Origin: Hyalangium gracile
GTDB taxonomy: Bacteria > Myxococcota > Myxococcia > Myxococcales > Myxococcaceae
Assembly (NCBI RefSeq): GCF_020103725.1
Contig: NZ_JAHXBG010000030.1
Coordinates: forward strand, 36,337-100,336
Reading direction: 5' to 3'
DNA: 64,000 bases
Position numbers and translations under genes: made by a program. The notes under the pieces were generated by a model. It was given only the letters and a program-made list of their open reading frames with translations, was not told the origin of the DNA and did not search any database. Below, piece after piece: positions 39,463-49,340 of this stretch. Each line of letters starts with the position of its first letter. Positions within the stretch are counted from its first letter, which is position 1.

Positions 39463-41496
39463 TCAGGAGGCGCTGCGCTGGGAGCCCGCTCCCGAGGACG
39501 GAGCGGGGGCACGGCGCGCCTCGAGGTAGCGGCGCAGGGGCGTGAGCAGGCGCTCCGCCTCGCCGGCCTCGAGGGGGCGCTGGCCAAAGCGGGCCTCCAG
39601 GTAGCGGCGGGTGACGGGCGCCAGGGGCTCGGCCAGGGAGTGGTGCTCGCGGACGAGGCGGGCGGTGAGGTCCTCCAGCGTCTCGCCCTCATGGGGGCGC
39701 ACGCCGGCCTCGCGCAGCATGCGCTCCACCGTGTCCACCAGCCGGGTGGCCGTGTGGGGCCTGGGCGCGGACAGCCGCGCCGCGAGGAAGCGCCACGTGC
39801 CGTAGGTGACGAGGCCCGCCAGCAGCGCCACGCCCCAGACGCGCGCCGGCGGCAGCCGGGTGGAGGAGCGGCCCGAGTCTCGCGGCGGGCGGATGAACCT
39901 CTGCGCCACATCCATCTGGTCTCGCAGGGAGAAGTCGACGACGGCGGAGCGCCAGTGCGACTCGAGCGTCTCGTACAGGCCGGTGAGGAGCTGGAGCGCG
40001 GCCATGGACTGGCTGGCCCGGTTGCCCGGAGGCGTCGCGTCCACGGTGACGAAGCCCCGGTCCGGCACCAGCACGTGCGTCCAGGCGTGGGCGTCTCCGG
40101 CCCGGAGGATGTAGTCCTCGTCCGAGCGCTCTCCGCCGAAGAAGCCCGAGGCCAGGCGCGCCGAGAAGCCCTGGGTGCGCAGCATGAGGGTGAGCGCGGT
40201 GGCGAAGTGCTCGCAGTGGCCCGCCTTGCGCACGAAGAGGAAGTCGGCGAGCGGATCCTCCACGTCCCCCTGCAGCTCCAGGGTGTACGCGTACTCGCGC
40301 TGCAGCCAGCTGGAGAGCTTGCGCGCGGCGGCCAGCGGCTCCTTCTCTCCGTCGAGCACCGTGCGGGCCAGCTCCGCCACGCGGGGATCCAGCCGGTCCG
40401 GCAGCGCCAGGAGCTGGCCGAGCTCCGCCTCCGTCATCTTCGTGGAGGCGTCCTCCTCCGGCGGAAGGCTGGTGGCCTCGTAGGAGTAGCCCAGGCCGGC
40501 ATCCACGAAGCGCACCTCTCCGCCGCCCAGCTCCATCAGCGAGGTGCGCCGGTTGCCGCTGGCGGTGTGCGCCACCGCGTTGCCCATGCGCGTGGGCGTC
40601 TCCAGCGCCACCAGGGTGCGGGCGCCGTACGCGGGCAGCAGCTCGATGCGCTGGTGGAGCGAGCTCTCCCCACCGGGCCGCAGCGTCACCCGCTGGCGCG
40701 AGCGCTTGGGGCCGCCGACGCTCGTCCACTCCTGGCCGTCGAAGGTGTCGTAGGTGCGAGCCACCCAGTACGAGCCGAGCTGATCCACGCCGGGATCCGG
40801 GGTGATGTGGGCGCGCAGCACCACGCGCGGGTTGCTCTTGAGCGTGCCGGCGCCGCCCAGCCGCACCGTGTCCGACAGGCCGGTGGTGGCTCCCAGGCCC
40901 GGCGAGGCGCGCCGCGCGGCCACGTTCCAGTTGAGGCGCGGGAAGAGGATGAAGAAGGCCACCGCGCCGCTCACCGCGAAGAGCAGGCCCACCGAGAGCG
41001 GCCGCACCACCGAGCGCACCGGCAGCGGCTCGCCCTCGGGGACGGCGGCCTCCACCACCGCCAGCCCCATGGAGAGGCTGGCGAAGACGCAGAAGGCCAC
41101 CAGGAAGACGGCGAAGATCAGCTCGCCGGAGAGCGCCGCGCCGCCCGCCACCATCAGCAGGCCGGCCAGCTGCACCTGGCCATCCGTCCGGGCCTCCGGC
41201 GTGGACAGCATCCGGTGGCCGGCGATGAGGCCCGCGAACGAGCACGCGGCCACCACCAGATCCAGCTGCCCCACATACACGGAGAAGCCGAGCAGGCCGG
41301 CCATGCCCAGCAGCAGCACCGCGGTGGCCTTCGCGCGCTTGGCGAACACGCGCCAGCCCAGCAGCGCGAACACCAGGGACAGGGCGAAGGCGGCGACCGT
41401 CCATACCGGGAGCTGGCCGGACACGACCATGGAGCCGAAGGCCGCTCCGGCGCCGAGATCGCGCAGGGCCAGCCGCAGGCGGGAGGGCGCGCTCAT
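39463..41496 (-). CDS. transglutaminase-like domain membrane protein (DUF3488/TGase/DUF4129 type)
   Basis: N-terminal multi-TM region; TGase core (GHCEHFATAL...DAHAWTHV...VDATP). ATGA overlap with the upstream DUF58 gene. Confidence 0.8.
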   Translation of the reverse strand: MSAPSRLRLALRDLGAGAAFGSMVVSGQLPVWTVAAFALSLVFALLGWRVFAKRAKATAVLLLGMAGLLGFSVYVGQLDLVVAACSFAGLIAGHRMLSTPEARTDGQVQLAGLLMVAGGAALSGELIFAVFLVAFCVFASLSMGLAVVEAAVPEGEPLPVRSVVRPLSVGLLFAVSGAVAFFILFPRLNWNVAARRASPGLGATTGLSDTVRLGGAGTLKSNPRVVLRAHITPDPGVDQLGSYWVARTYDTFDGQEWTSVGGPKRSRQRVTLRPGGESSLHQRIELLPAYGARTLVALETPTRMGNAVAHTASGNRRTSLMELGGGEVRFVDAGLGYSYEATSLPPEEDASTKMTEAELGQLLALPDRLDPRVAELARTVLDGEKEPLAAARKLSSWLQREYAYTLELQGDVEDPLADFLFVRKAGHCEHFATALTLMLRTQGFSARLASGFFGGERSDEDYILRAGDAHAWTHVLVPDRGFVTVDATPPGNRASQSMAALQLLTGLYETLESHWRSAVVDFSLRDQMDVAQRFIRPPRDSGRSSTRLPPARVWGVALLAGLVTYGTWRFLAARLSAPRPHTATRLVDTVERMLREAGVRPHEGETLEDLTARLVREHHSLAEPLAPVTRRYLEARFGQRPLEAGEAERLLTPLRRYLEARRAPAPSSGAGSQRSAS

Positions 41497-42578
41497 GCCG
41501 CCTCCTCCTTCTGGCGCTCCTCGCGCAGCTCCTCGAAGCCCACCCAGGCCAGGGCCCGCAGGATGTTGCGCTCCTGCACATGGCCCGAGGCGGGGCGCAG
41601 GCGCTCGGTGGGCGTCTCCAGCCCCACCTCGTGACCGGCCTCGAGCAGCTGGTGGGAGAGGGCGGCCACCTCCTCGCAGCGCCGCTCCAGGGCCGCGTCC
41701 TCGAGGCCGGCGTCCACGGAGAGCTGATAGGTGCGGCGCTCCTCGCGCTCGCGCTCCACCTTGATCAGCTTCCCCATGGCGGCGCTCTTGCGCCAGTGCA
41801 CGCGCCGAGCGTCCTCGGTGGGGCCCAGCTCGCGCAGGCCGGCCACGTCCCCGGTGCCATCGTTGCGGCGCGGGGTGCTCGAGTCGCCGAAGGCGCCCTG
41901 GAGCGCCTCCGTGGGCACGTGGCAGGCGTAGCCGCGCCGGGGATAGACGAGCAGGATGCCCTCCAGCTCGAAGACGCGCGTCTTGGCGAAGAGGCCCAGC
42001 GGCCACGTGGTGGTGACGCGCACGCCGCTCAGCCGCAGCGGCCCTCGCTGGGGCGTGGTGAGGTCCGCGCGCACCACGTGCTCCACGCCCGAGCGCAGGT
42101 AGCCCACGCGCCCCTCGCCCGTGAGCGGCGTGTCCACCTCGGCCAGGGTGAGGGCGAAGGCGTGGCCCTGCTTGCGGGTGATGGCCCAGCGGTAGGCGAA
42201 GGGCTCGCCGGCGAAGGCGGACTCGGTGCCCAGGCGGCGCACGCTCAGGTGGCGCAGGCAGCGCTCGGAGAGCACGCCGGACACCACCACCATGGACAGC
42301 AGCAGGCCCAGCACCAGGTAGAGCAGGTTGTTGCCCGTGTTGAGCGCGCCCAGCCCCACGCCGAACGTCACCACCAGGTACGTGCGCCCCGTGCGCGTCA
42401 CCTTCAAGGTGCGCGGAGGGCGCAGCAGGACGCGCAGCCGCGCCCAGGAGGATGAGGCCTTCGCCTTCACCGCGGCGCCGCCACCTTGCGGGAGAGCTCC
42501 TCGAGCAGGTGCGAGGCCTCCTCCCGGGCCGCGGCTCCCTGCACGTTGCTGCGCAGCATCAGCCGGTGCGCCAGGCAC
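41493..42578 (-). CDS. DUF58 family protein (vWA-like, MoxR-associated); start uncertain, probably near 42480
   Basis: LNTGNNLLYLVLGLLL TM hairpin followed by the DUF58 region. The track ORF overlaps the MoxR gene, so the true start is probably later. Confidence 0.7.
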   Translation of the reverse strand: MPGAPADAAQQRAGSRGPGGGLAPARGALPQGGGAAVKAKASSSWARLRVLLRPPRTLKVTRTGRTYLVVTFGVGLGALNTGNNLLYLVLGLLLSMVVVSGVLSERCLRHLSVRRLGTESAFAGEPFAYRWAITRKQGHAFALTLAEVDTPLTGEGRVGYLRSGVEHVVRADLTTPQRGPLRLSGVRVTTTWPLGLFAKTRVFELEGILLVYPRRGYACHVPTEALQGAFGDSSTPRRNDGTGDVAGLRELGPTEDARRVHWRKSAAMGKLIKVEREREERRTYQLSVDAGLEDAALERRCEEVAALSHQLLEAGHEVGLETPTERLRPASGHVQERNILRALAWVGFEELREERQKEEAA

Positions 42579-43447
42579 GGCACCAGCACCGCCCGCACAT
42601 CCCCCGGCGTCACGAAGTCACGCCCCTCCCACAGGGCATGGGCCCGCGCCGCCGCTCCCACCGCCAGCACCGCGCGGGTGGAGGCGCCACGCTCGATGTC
42701 CCCGTGCTCGCGCGTCGCCTTGGCCAGCCGCACCACGTACTCCGCCACGGCCGCGTCCATCCGCAGCTCCGAGGCGAGCCCCCGCAGGCCGAGCAGCTCC
42801 TCGGGCCCCGTCACCGGCTCCAGCTCCTCCACCGGCGGCGTCCGCCCGCGGGTGATGAGCAGCCGTGCCTCCACCTCCGGCGACGGGTGGCCCAGCGACA
42901 GGCGCATGAGGAAGCGATCCAGCTGCGAGTCCGGCAGCGGGTATGTGCCGGTGAGATCCAGCGGGTTCTGCGTGGCCACCACCGTGAAGGGGGAGGGCAG
43001 CGGATGGGTGTTGCCGTCCAGCGACACCTGGCCCTGGGCCATGCCCTCCAGCAGCGCGGACTGGGTGCGCGGCGGAGCGCGGTTGAGCTCGTCGGCCAGC
43101 ACGAGCTGCCGGAAGATGGGGCCCTGTCGGAAGCTGAACGTCGCGCTGGAGGCGTGGAACACCTGCGCGCCCAGGATATCGGCGGGCATCAGGTCCGCGG
43201 TGAACTGGATGCGCGCGAAGCTCAGCCCGCACGAGCGCGCCAGCGCCTCGGCCAGCGTCGTCTTTCCGACACCAGGCACGTCCTCCAGCAGGAGGTGGCC
43301 TCCGGCGATCAGGCTGGTGACGGTGAGGCGGGCTTGCGTCTCCTTGCCCTGCACCACGCGCGAGAGGTGGGCGGCGATCCGCTCCAGGATCGAGCGCGCG
43401 GAGGAGACAGTGGGTGCGGAGACGAGTGCGCGGGCGGGTTGGTTCAT
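42467..43447 (-). CDS. MoxR-family AAA+ ATPase
   Basis: GVPGVGKTTLAEALA Walker A; DELNRAPPRTQSALLE Walker B/sensor region. Start at MNQPARAL. Confidence 0.85.
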   Translation of the reverse strand: MNQPARALVSAPTVSSARSILERIAAHLSRVVQGKETQARLTVTSLIAGGHLLLEDVPGVGKTTLAEALARSCGLSFARIQFTADLMPADILGAQVFHASSATFSFRQGPIFRQLVLADELNRAPPRTQSALLEGMAQGQVSLDGNTHPLPSPFTVVATQNPLDLTGTYPLPDSQLDRFLMRLSLGHPSPEVEARLLITRGRTPPVEELEPVTGPEELLGLRGLASELRMDAAVAEYVVRLAKATREHGDIERGASTRAVLAVGAAARAHALWEGRDFVTPGDVRAVLVPCLAHRLMLRSNVQGAAAREEASHLLEELSRKVAAPR

Positions 43448-43541
43448 CTGTCCGCGCAGTCTACCCGAGGCGTCCCCTCGGCGGGGCGCCATGCCGGGCA
43501 GCGGGGCCTTCAGGCCCGCTCGCTGCCCGGGCGAGCGACTC

Positions 43542-43871
43542 TCAGGCCAGAATCTCTTCCGGGGTGTAGTAGGCGCGCGGCGCGGAGCCCGTGCTCACCC
43601 CGAAATACCGGAACATCCGCTCGTGGTGCCCCGCCAGCCCGCGGAACTGCACCTTCTGGTGCGCCGGCAGGCTCTGGGTCAGCACCCCCACCGCCGTGTC
43701 CTTGAACTCGCGCAGGTGGGTGAAGTCCAGCATCACCTCGCGAGGGCCCAGAGCCTCCAGCGAGTGACGCAGCTGCGCCGCCGTGCGCCAGTCCAGCGTC
43801 CCCTCGAGCCGGAGGGTGATGCGCCCCGCAAGCTCTTCCTGGTGGATCTGCAGCCCCGCCATCATTGTCAT
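43542..43871 (-). CDS. STAS domain protein (anti-sigma-factor antagonist-like)
   Basis: About 110 aa, start at MTMMAGLQ, SpoIIAA-like fold signature (LRLEGTLDWRTAAQL...VMLDFTHL). Confidence 0.65.
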   Translation of the reverse strand: MTMMAGLQIHQEELAGRITLRLEGTLDWRTAAQLRHSLEALGPREVMLDFTHLREFKDTAVGVLTQSLPAHQKVQFRGLAGHHERMFRYFGVSTGSAPRAYYTPEEILA

Positions 43872-44090
43872 CTCCCCTTGTCGCCGAATCGGTGAGCGTG
43901 CCGTCCCACGGACGGACACGGTGCTTGCTGCATTTTCCGGGCCGACCAGGACCCATCGAACCCTTGGAAATTCCAAGGAAGAATCCCGTGCGGCCGGAAC
44001 AATTCGCGCAAAGCAGGAGATTTTGCAGCCCCCCCCGGAAAGATTTGCGCGAACTGTCCGCAATCCATCGGAAGGGGTGTTGCGCAGCGG

Positions 44091-44831
44091 TCAGCCCTGG
44101 GTCTGGTTCGTCTGCTGCTGAGCACGCAGGGTGAGCTCGCGCTCCTGGCGCTCCTTGAGCTTACGGAACTCGCGGACGACCTTGGTCGGGTAGCCGGCGA
44201 TGAACTTCTTCCGGACATCGCGCTTGGCGAGGATCTTCTTCGCCATGCCCGGCCCCGCGTTGTAGGCCACCAGGGCGTGCTCCAGCGAGCCGAAGCGCTC
44301 GATGAGGTTGGCCAGGTACGCGGTGCCCAGCTCGATGTTGGTCTCCGCGTCGAAGAGGTTGGTGGAGCGGCCCAGCCGGAAGCCGGCCTTGTCCGCCAGG
44401 TAGGTGCCCGTGTCCGGCATCACCTGCATCAGCCCCATGGCGCCCACGTGAGACACCGCGTAGTTGTTGAACGAGCTCTCGCAGCGGATGAGCGCGATCA
44501 CCAGCATGGGGTCCACGTTGTTGCGCTGGGCCTCGCGGATGATGGCCACCGCCACGCGGCGCTGCTGGCGCACCGGCAGCCCCGAGGCCTTCACCGCATC
44601 CGTCACGCCCAGGCGCACCGCCTCCTGGTAGTGGGCCTCGTCCTGGTACTCCTGCAGCCGCGTCTGCGCCTCCTTCAGCGCCGCCTCCCGCTCGGCCAGC
44701 AGCACGCGCAGCTCCGCGAGCTCCGGCGACTCCACCACCGACCCCTCCGGGAGCTGGAACGGGAAGCTGGGGACCGCCGCCGCCCCCGTCAACAACCCCA
44801 CCGCCGCTACCGCCACCATCCACCGCCTCAT
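44091..44831 (-). CDS. lytic transglycosylase domain protein (MltE/Slt-like)
   Basis: Signal peptide; SLT catalytic motif (ESSFNNYAVSHVGAMGLMQV...AYNAGPG). Confidence 0.8.
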   Translation of the reverse strand: MRRWMVAVAAVGLLTGAAAVPSFPFQLPEGSVVESPELAELRVLLAEREAALKEAQTRLQEYQDEAHYQEAVRLGVTDAVKASGLPVRQQRRVAVAIIREAQRNNVDPMLVIALIRCESSFNNYAVSHVGAMGLMQVMPDTGTYLADKAGFRLGRSTNLFDAETNIELGTAYLANLIERFGSLEHALVAYNAGPGMAKKILAKRDVRKKFIAGYPTKVVREFRKLKERQERELTLRAQQQTNQTQG

Positions 44832-45143
44832 GTTGCAATCCCCCTGCGCCCCGAACTCGCGCCCCTCGACACCTGCGCCGTGCTCAAGCACCCGGCGTGC
44901 CAGCGTCCCCAGCGTGTCCCTATGTCATTAAGATCCAGGGAACTCGCGGAGGCATGGAGGGCCGGGAGGGGGCGGGGAAGGGCGGTAGAAATGCCCGGAT
45001 GTGGAAGGGCTTTACCCACGACGAGGCTGTCGAAAGCACTGGCGCTCCCGTCTCGAGGACTTGCCGTGGCGAGCAAGCCTCCCTAGCTTGGCCGGCATCC
45101 GACGGGCGTGTGTGGCCAGGAGGCGGGCGGCGTGTTCTGGACG

Positions 45144-45287
45144 ATGAGCATCATCCTCTTCGTGTTGTGGGCGCTGGGAATGACGACCGGCTCCACGGAG
45201 GGACACTGGGTTCACCTGTTGTTGCTCTTCTCGATGGTGGCCCTGACGGTGGCGGTGGCTCAGCGCGGGCGGCGGTTGTCGGCATGA
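45144..45287 (+). CDS. small membrane protein, lmo0937-family-like (47 aa); not in the ORF track
   Basis: MSIILFVLWALGMTTGSTEGHWVHLLLLFSMVALTVAVAQRGRRLSA. Two TM helices with a basic tail. The TGA stop overlaps the next ATG. An alternative GTG start exists at 45133. Confidence 0.45.
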   Translation: MSIILFVLWALGMTTGSTEGHWVHLLLLFSMVALTVAVAQRGRRLSA

Positions 45288-45841
45288 GCGCGACGCAGAG
45301 TCTGGAGGTCGAGCTGCCGAGGGACTCCTCCGGGTTCATCCGCCGGCAGTGTCCGAGCTGCCAGCGCATCTTCAAGACGCGGCCCAGCCGCTTCGACGCG
45401 CGAGCGCTGCACCGGCGGCTGGTGACGCTCTTTCCCTTCGAGAATCCGCACGAGGGCTACGAGTCGGTGCCCGCGTGGACGTGCTTCTACTGCGGCCACC
45501 AGGCCGACGCGGACGAGTGGCTGGTGCGAGAGCACGTGGCCTATCTGGAGTCGCTCGCCCGGGGGCTGGCCAACCACGTGCGCTACGAGCAGCTGGCGCA
45601 CGTCTCGCGCACGCTGGGGCAGAACCCGCGGCCCACCTTCGTGGCGGTGGCGCCCGAGGCGCTGCCGGAGGGCATGCCGGACGAGCCGGAGGATCTGCGC
45701 CCCATCCACCTGGTGTGCTGCAGCGACGAGGTGAAGGCGCTGTGGGACTGGGACGGCCCGTTCTACTGCCCGCGCTGCGGGGCACACCACGGGGGGCTGA
45801 GCGGCCGGCAGCAAGTCCACCTGGAGTTCATCCAGGAGTAG
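45284..45841 (+). CDS. hypothetical Cys-rich (multi-CxxC) zinc-ribbon-like protein
   Basis: CPSC, CFYC, CC and CPRC pairs. The upstream extension of the track ORF (44897..45283) looks like a GC artefact. Confidence 0.5.
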   Translation: MSATQSLEVELPRDSSGFIRRQCPSCQRIFKTRPSRFDARALHRRLVTLFPFENPHEGYESVPAWTCFYCGHQADADEWLVREHVAYLESLARGLANHVRYEQLAHVSRTLGQNPRPTFVAVAPEALPEGMPDEPEDLRPIHLVCCSDEVKALWDWDGPFYCPRCGAHHGGLSGRQQVHLEFIQE

Positions 45842-45877
45842 ACGGGGCCCGGCGGCTCGAAGCAGGCTGTCCGCCGC

Positions 45878-46942
45878 ATGCGGATGGCTCGACTCGGGGT
45901 ACCGCTCGCCCTGGTGCTCGCCGTGGGCGTGGCGCACGCGCACGACGCGGACATCATCTACGCGCGGGTGCAGCGCTCCCAGGCCAGCGGGCCCGAGGTG
46001 CGGGCGGTGCTGACCATGACGGGCAGCACGCTGAGCCTGCTGTTGCCCGCGGACGCGGACGGGAATGGCTCCGTCTCTCAGGCGGATCTGGACGCGCGTC
46101 GCCCCGCGCTGGAGGTGGGGCTGTGGGACGCGCTACCGCTCACCGCGGGCGGCGCCCCGTGCACGCGCCAGGAGCACTCGGCGCTGGTGCGCGAGACGTT
46201 CGTGGAGCTGCGCGCCGTCTTCCACTGTCCGCCGGGGCCGCTGCGGCAGACGTACACGGTGCTCAGCCTGCTGCCGTCCAACTACCGGGTGGTGCTGGGG
46301 GCCTATGGCGAGGGAGGCCAGCTCTTCGCGGATGCCCTCCGGCCGAGCCTGGACATCCCCGAGCCTGGGGCCTCGAGCTCGCGCGGCCTCACCCGGGGCT
46401 TCGGCGGCTGGGTCCAGCTGGGCATGAAGCACATCTTCGAGGGCATCGATCACCTGGCCTTCCTGCTGGCGCTCCTGCTGGTGGGCGGGCGCCTGCGGCA
46501 GATCCTGGGGATGGTGACGGCCTTCACGGTGGCGCACTCGCTCACGCTGGGCGCCACGGCGCTGGGCTTCATCCTGCTGGACGCGGCGCGGGCCCGCTGG
46601 GTGGAGGCCGCCATCGCCGTCTCCATCATCTATGTGGCGGTGGAGAACCTGGTGCGGCGCGATCACCGCCACCGCGCCCTCATCACCTTCCTCTTCGGGC
46701 TGGTGCACGGCTTCGGCTTCGCCAGCGTGCTGAGCTCCTACGGCCTGGGAGAGCAGGTGGTGTCCGGCCTGCTCGGCTTCAACCTCGGCGTGGAGGTGGG
46801 GCAGGCCCTCATCGTCATGGCCCTGCTGCCGCTCATGCGGCTGATCCAGCGCCGGCCGACGGTCAATCTCTGGACGGTTCGAGTGCTCTCCACCGTCATC
46901 CTCTGCTCCGGCGCGTGGTGGTTCGTGGAGCGCGTCGGTTGA
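45878..46942 (+). CDS. HupE/UreJ family membrane protein
   Basis: Signal peptide and the HupE_UreJ_2 signature (EGIDHLAFLLALLL...TAFTVAHSLTL). Confidence 0.75.
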   Translation: MRMARLGVPLALVLAVGVAHAHDADIIYARVQRSQASGPEVRAVLTMTGSTLSLLLPADADGNGSVSQADLDARRPALEVGLWDALPLTAGGAPCTRQEHSALVRETFVELRAVFHCPPGPLRQTYTVLSLLPSNYRVVLGAYGEGGQLFADALRPSLDIPEPGASSSRGLTRGFGGWVQLGMKHIFEGIDHLAFLLALLLVGGRLRQILGMVTAFTVAHSLTLGATALGFILLDAARARWVEAAIAVSIIYVAVENLVRRDHRHRALITFLFGLVHGFGFASVLSSYGLGEQVVSGLLGFNLGVEVGQALIVMALLPLMRLIQRRPTVNLWTVRVLSTVILCSGAWWFVERVG

Positions 46943-47005
46943 ATCCCCGCGAACCCATCCCTAACTTGCCGCGAAAGGTCGAAGGTAGGGAGAAGGGGGA
47001 CGCAG

Positions 47006-47476
47006 ATGGGAGCGAGGCATACTCGCCTGGCGGCCGCACTGGCCGCGGCATGGGAGGCCGAGGTGGTCTCGGCACGGCGCATGACGGCGCTGGCCGAGCG
47101 CGTCGGAGATCCGCGTGCGCGGGCGCGTCTGATGGTGCTCGCGGCGTTCTGCCGGGCCCACGCCTCTCGCCTGCTGGCTCGCCTGGCCGCGCTGGGCCGA
47201 GGGCCGCTGCCGGTGCCGCCCGAGGACGTGGAGGTGGGCTCGGATCTGGCCCTGGAGCTGCGCAGGGAGGGGGCGTTCGCCCGCACCGCCGCGGCGCGCT
47301 ATGAGTCCACCGCGGAGATGGCCCGCCAGCACGCGGACCTGTCCTCCGCCTGGGTCTGCGAGCTCAACCGGACCGAGGAGCAGGACCGCTCCCGCGAGCT
47401 GCTCTCCCTGGCCGAGGGGACCCTGCCGGCGGTGGGCTTCGGGGACTCGGCGGCCGCCTCTCCGGCCGATTCCTAG
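47006..47476 (+). CDS. hypothetical protein
   Basis: 156 aa ORF; Ala/Arg-rich; no recognisable domain. Confidence 0.4.
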   Translation: MGARHTRLAAALAAAWEAEVVSARRMTALAERVGDPRARARLMVLAAFCRAHASRLLARLAALGRGPLPVPPEDVEVGSDLALELRREGAFARTAAARYESTAEMARQHADLSSAWVCELNRTEEQDRSRELLSLAEGTLPAVGFGDSAAASPADS

Positions 47477-47532
47477 GCCTGGGCCCGCACTCCTGCTGAC
47501 AGGCCACGCGCCTTGGGCGTAGAAATGCGCCC

Positions 47533-48306
47533 ATGGCGAAGGCAGAGAGCTACGACGATCTCATCTTCCAGCTGGGCGACCTGGCGCGCGATCGGCTGCC
47601 GGGCAAGCCCAACTGCCCGCGCACCATGGACCGCGTCTACCGCGCCGAGGAGGCGCTGGTGGCGCGCCGGGACGAGCTGGCGGCGCTCGAGCAGGAGATG
47701 AACGACGAGGACGCGGCCTACCAGGACTTCCTCGCCCAGCAGGAGCAGGAGCGCGCCGAGCTCCTCGTCACGGTGAAGAAGTACAAGAAGGCCGTGGACG
47801 CCATCGAGGGCAAGGTGAAGGACATGCGCAAGAACCTGTCCTCCAAGAAGGCGGAGGTGCGCTACGGCACCGACAGCCTCAGGAAGCAGGAGGCGAAGAT
47901 CCACGACATGGAGATGACGCGTCGGGATCCGATGGACATCGCCACCGCGCGCGAGAACCTGAAGAAGAACCGCCTCAAGCTGATGCGCCAGCAGCGCGAC
48001 ATCGAGGCCATCCAGGACGATCTGAACAACGCGCTCACCCCGCTGCCCGGCCAGCCCGGCGCGCAAGGCATCCTGGCGCACAAGCGCATGCTGGAGATGG
48101 AGGACGAGAGCGAGGAGCGCGAGTCCGCCCACAAGGAGCGCATGGCCGAGCTCGACCAGGCAATCGCCCAGAAGGAGGAAGAACTGCAGGCCGCGGAAGA
48201 CTACCTGGATCAGGCGTTGTTCCTGCTCGGCGAAGATGTCTATAAGCAGCGCATCTCGGATGCTCAGCTCGCGCCGTTCTACCCCCGGCTCGATCGCGCC
48301 CAGTAA
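47533..48306 (+). CDS. hypothetical coiled-coil protein
   Basis: 257 aa, strongly charged, heptad-like composition. Confidence 0.5.
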   Translation: MAKAESYDDLIFQLGDLARDRLPGKPNCPRTMDRVYRAEEALVARRDELAALEQEMNDEDAAYQDFLAQQEQERAELLVTVKKYKKAVDAIEGKVKDMRKNLSSKKAEVRYGTDSLRKQEAKIHDMEMTRRDPMDIATARENLKKNRLKLMRQQRDIEAIQDDLNNALTPLPGQPGAQGILAHKRMLEMEDESEERESAHKERMAELDQAIAQKEEELQAAEDYLDQALFLLGEDVYKQRISDAQLAPFYPRLDRAQ

Positions 48307-48440
48307 GGGCACGTTCTGCTATCGGTGCTTGACGCGAGGGGCGTGTCTGCTAGATTGCGCCGCTTCCTGCCGCCCGGGATGGGCCAGGCAGTGGATTTCA
48401 TTGGGTTTTCTGCGCCACGGGCGCTCGCAGTGAGGATGAC

Positions 48441-49109
48441 GTGAAGGGTCTGATTGGCAAGAAGATCGGCATGACCCAGGTGTTCAACGAGGAAGGTAAC
48501 CTCGTCCCGGTCACCGTGATCGACGTGAACACCTGCCAGGTGGTTGGCAAGCGGACGCCGGAGAAGGATCAGTACTCGGCGGTGACGCTGGGCTTCGGCG
48601 CGATTCGCGAGAAGGTGCTGACCAACGCGCAGAAGGGGTTCTTCAAGAAGAACAACGCCCCTGCGCGCCGGCACCTGAAGGAGTTCCGCGTGACGCCCGA
48701 GGACGCCGCGACGTTCAACGTCGGCGACCAGGTCAAGGCGAGCATGTTCACCAAGGGGCAGCTGGTGGACGTGACGGGCACCACCAAGGGCCGCGGCTTC
48801 CAGGGCGTCATGCGCCGGTGGAGCTTCAAGGGCTCGCAGACGAAGACGCACGGTACGCACGAGTATCAGCGTCACCCGGGCGCCATCGGTCAGCGTAAGA
48901 CGCCGGGCCGCACCTACCCCAACAAGAAGATGCCGGGCCACTACGGCGTGGAGCAGGTGACCACCCAGAACCTGACCATCGTCGACGTGGACGACGAGAA
49001 GGGGCTGCTGCTGGTCAAGGGCGCCATCCCCGGCCACAATGAGGCCATCGTCTACGTGAAGCCCGCCATCAAGGTTGCGATGCGCGAGCAGCACAAGGCC
49101 GCCCGCTAG
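48441..49109 (+). CDS. rplC: 50S ribosomal protein L3
   Basis: Full-length L3 (GKKIGMTQVF...GTTKGRGFQGVMRRW...PGAIGQRKTPGRTYPNKKMPGHYG). GTG start. Confidence 0.85.
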   Translation: MKGLIGKKIGMTQVFNEEGNLVPVTVIDVNTCQVVGKRTPEKDQYSAVTLGFGAIREKVLTNAQKGFFKKNNAPARRHLKEFRVTPEDAATFNVGDQVKASMFTKGQLVDVTGTTKGRGFQGVMRRWSFKGSQTKTHGTHEYQRHPGAIGQRKTPGRTYPNKKMPGHYGVEQVTTQNLTIVDVDDEKGLLLVKGAIPGHNEAIVYVKPAIKVAMREQHKAAR

Positions 49110-49340
49110 TCCCTGACGGCGCCGCGGTACCGACGCCCCGTGCTGGAGCCCTCGAGGGTTCCAGGCGGGGCGTTCGCTTTTTCCGACCCTCCCGTGATTC
49201 GCTCCCTTGCTGCGCAGGCCCGCTGACCGGCGCTGCGCCGCACGGAGTGCGCCCTGGGTGTTGACAGTGGAAACATGACGTGTTTACATCGTCAACATGA
49301 TGGGCGGACACGAAGTGCCCGCGCCCTGCCGAGGTGGCCC

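Noticed and set aside
39364-41634. 756 aa + strand ORF
   Set aside because: Antisense to the transglutaminase membrane protein. Gly/Arg-rich translation.
44897-45283. N-terminal 129 codons of the 314 aa track ORF
   Set aside because: No homology and Gly/Arg-rich translation. A conserved-looking small membrane ORF occupies another frame. The real start is taken as the ATG at 45284.
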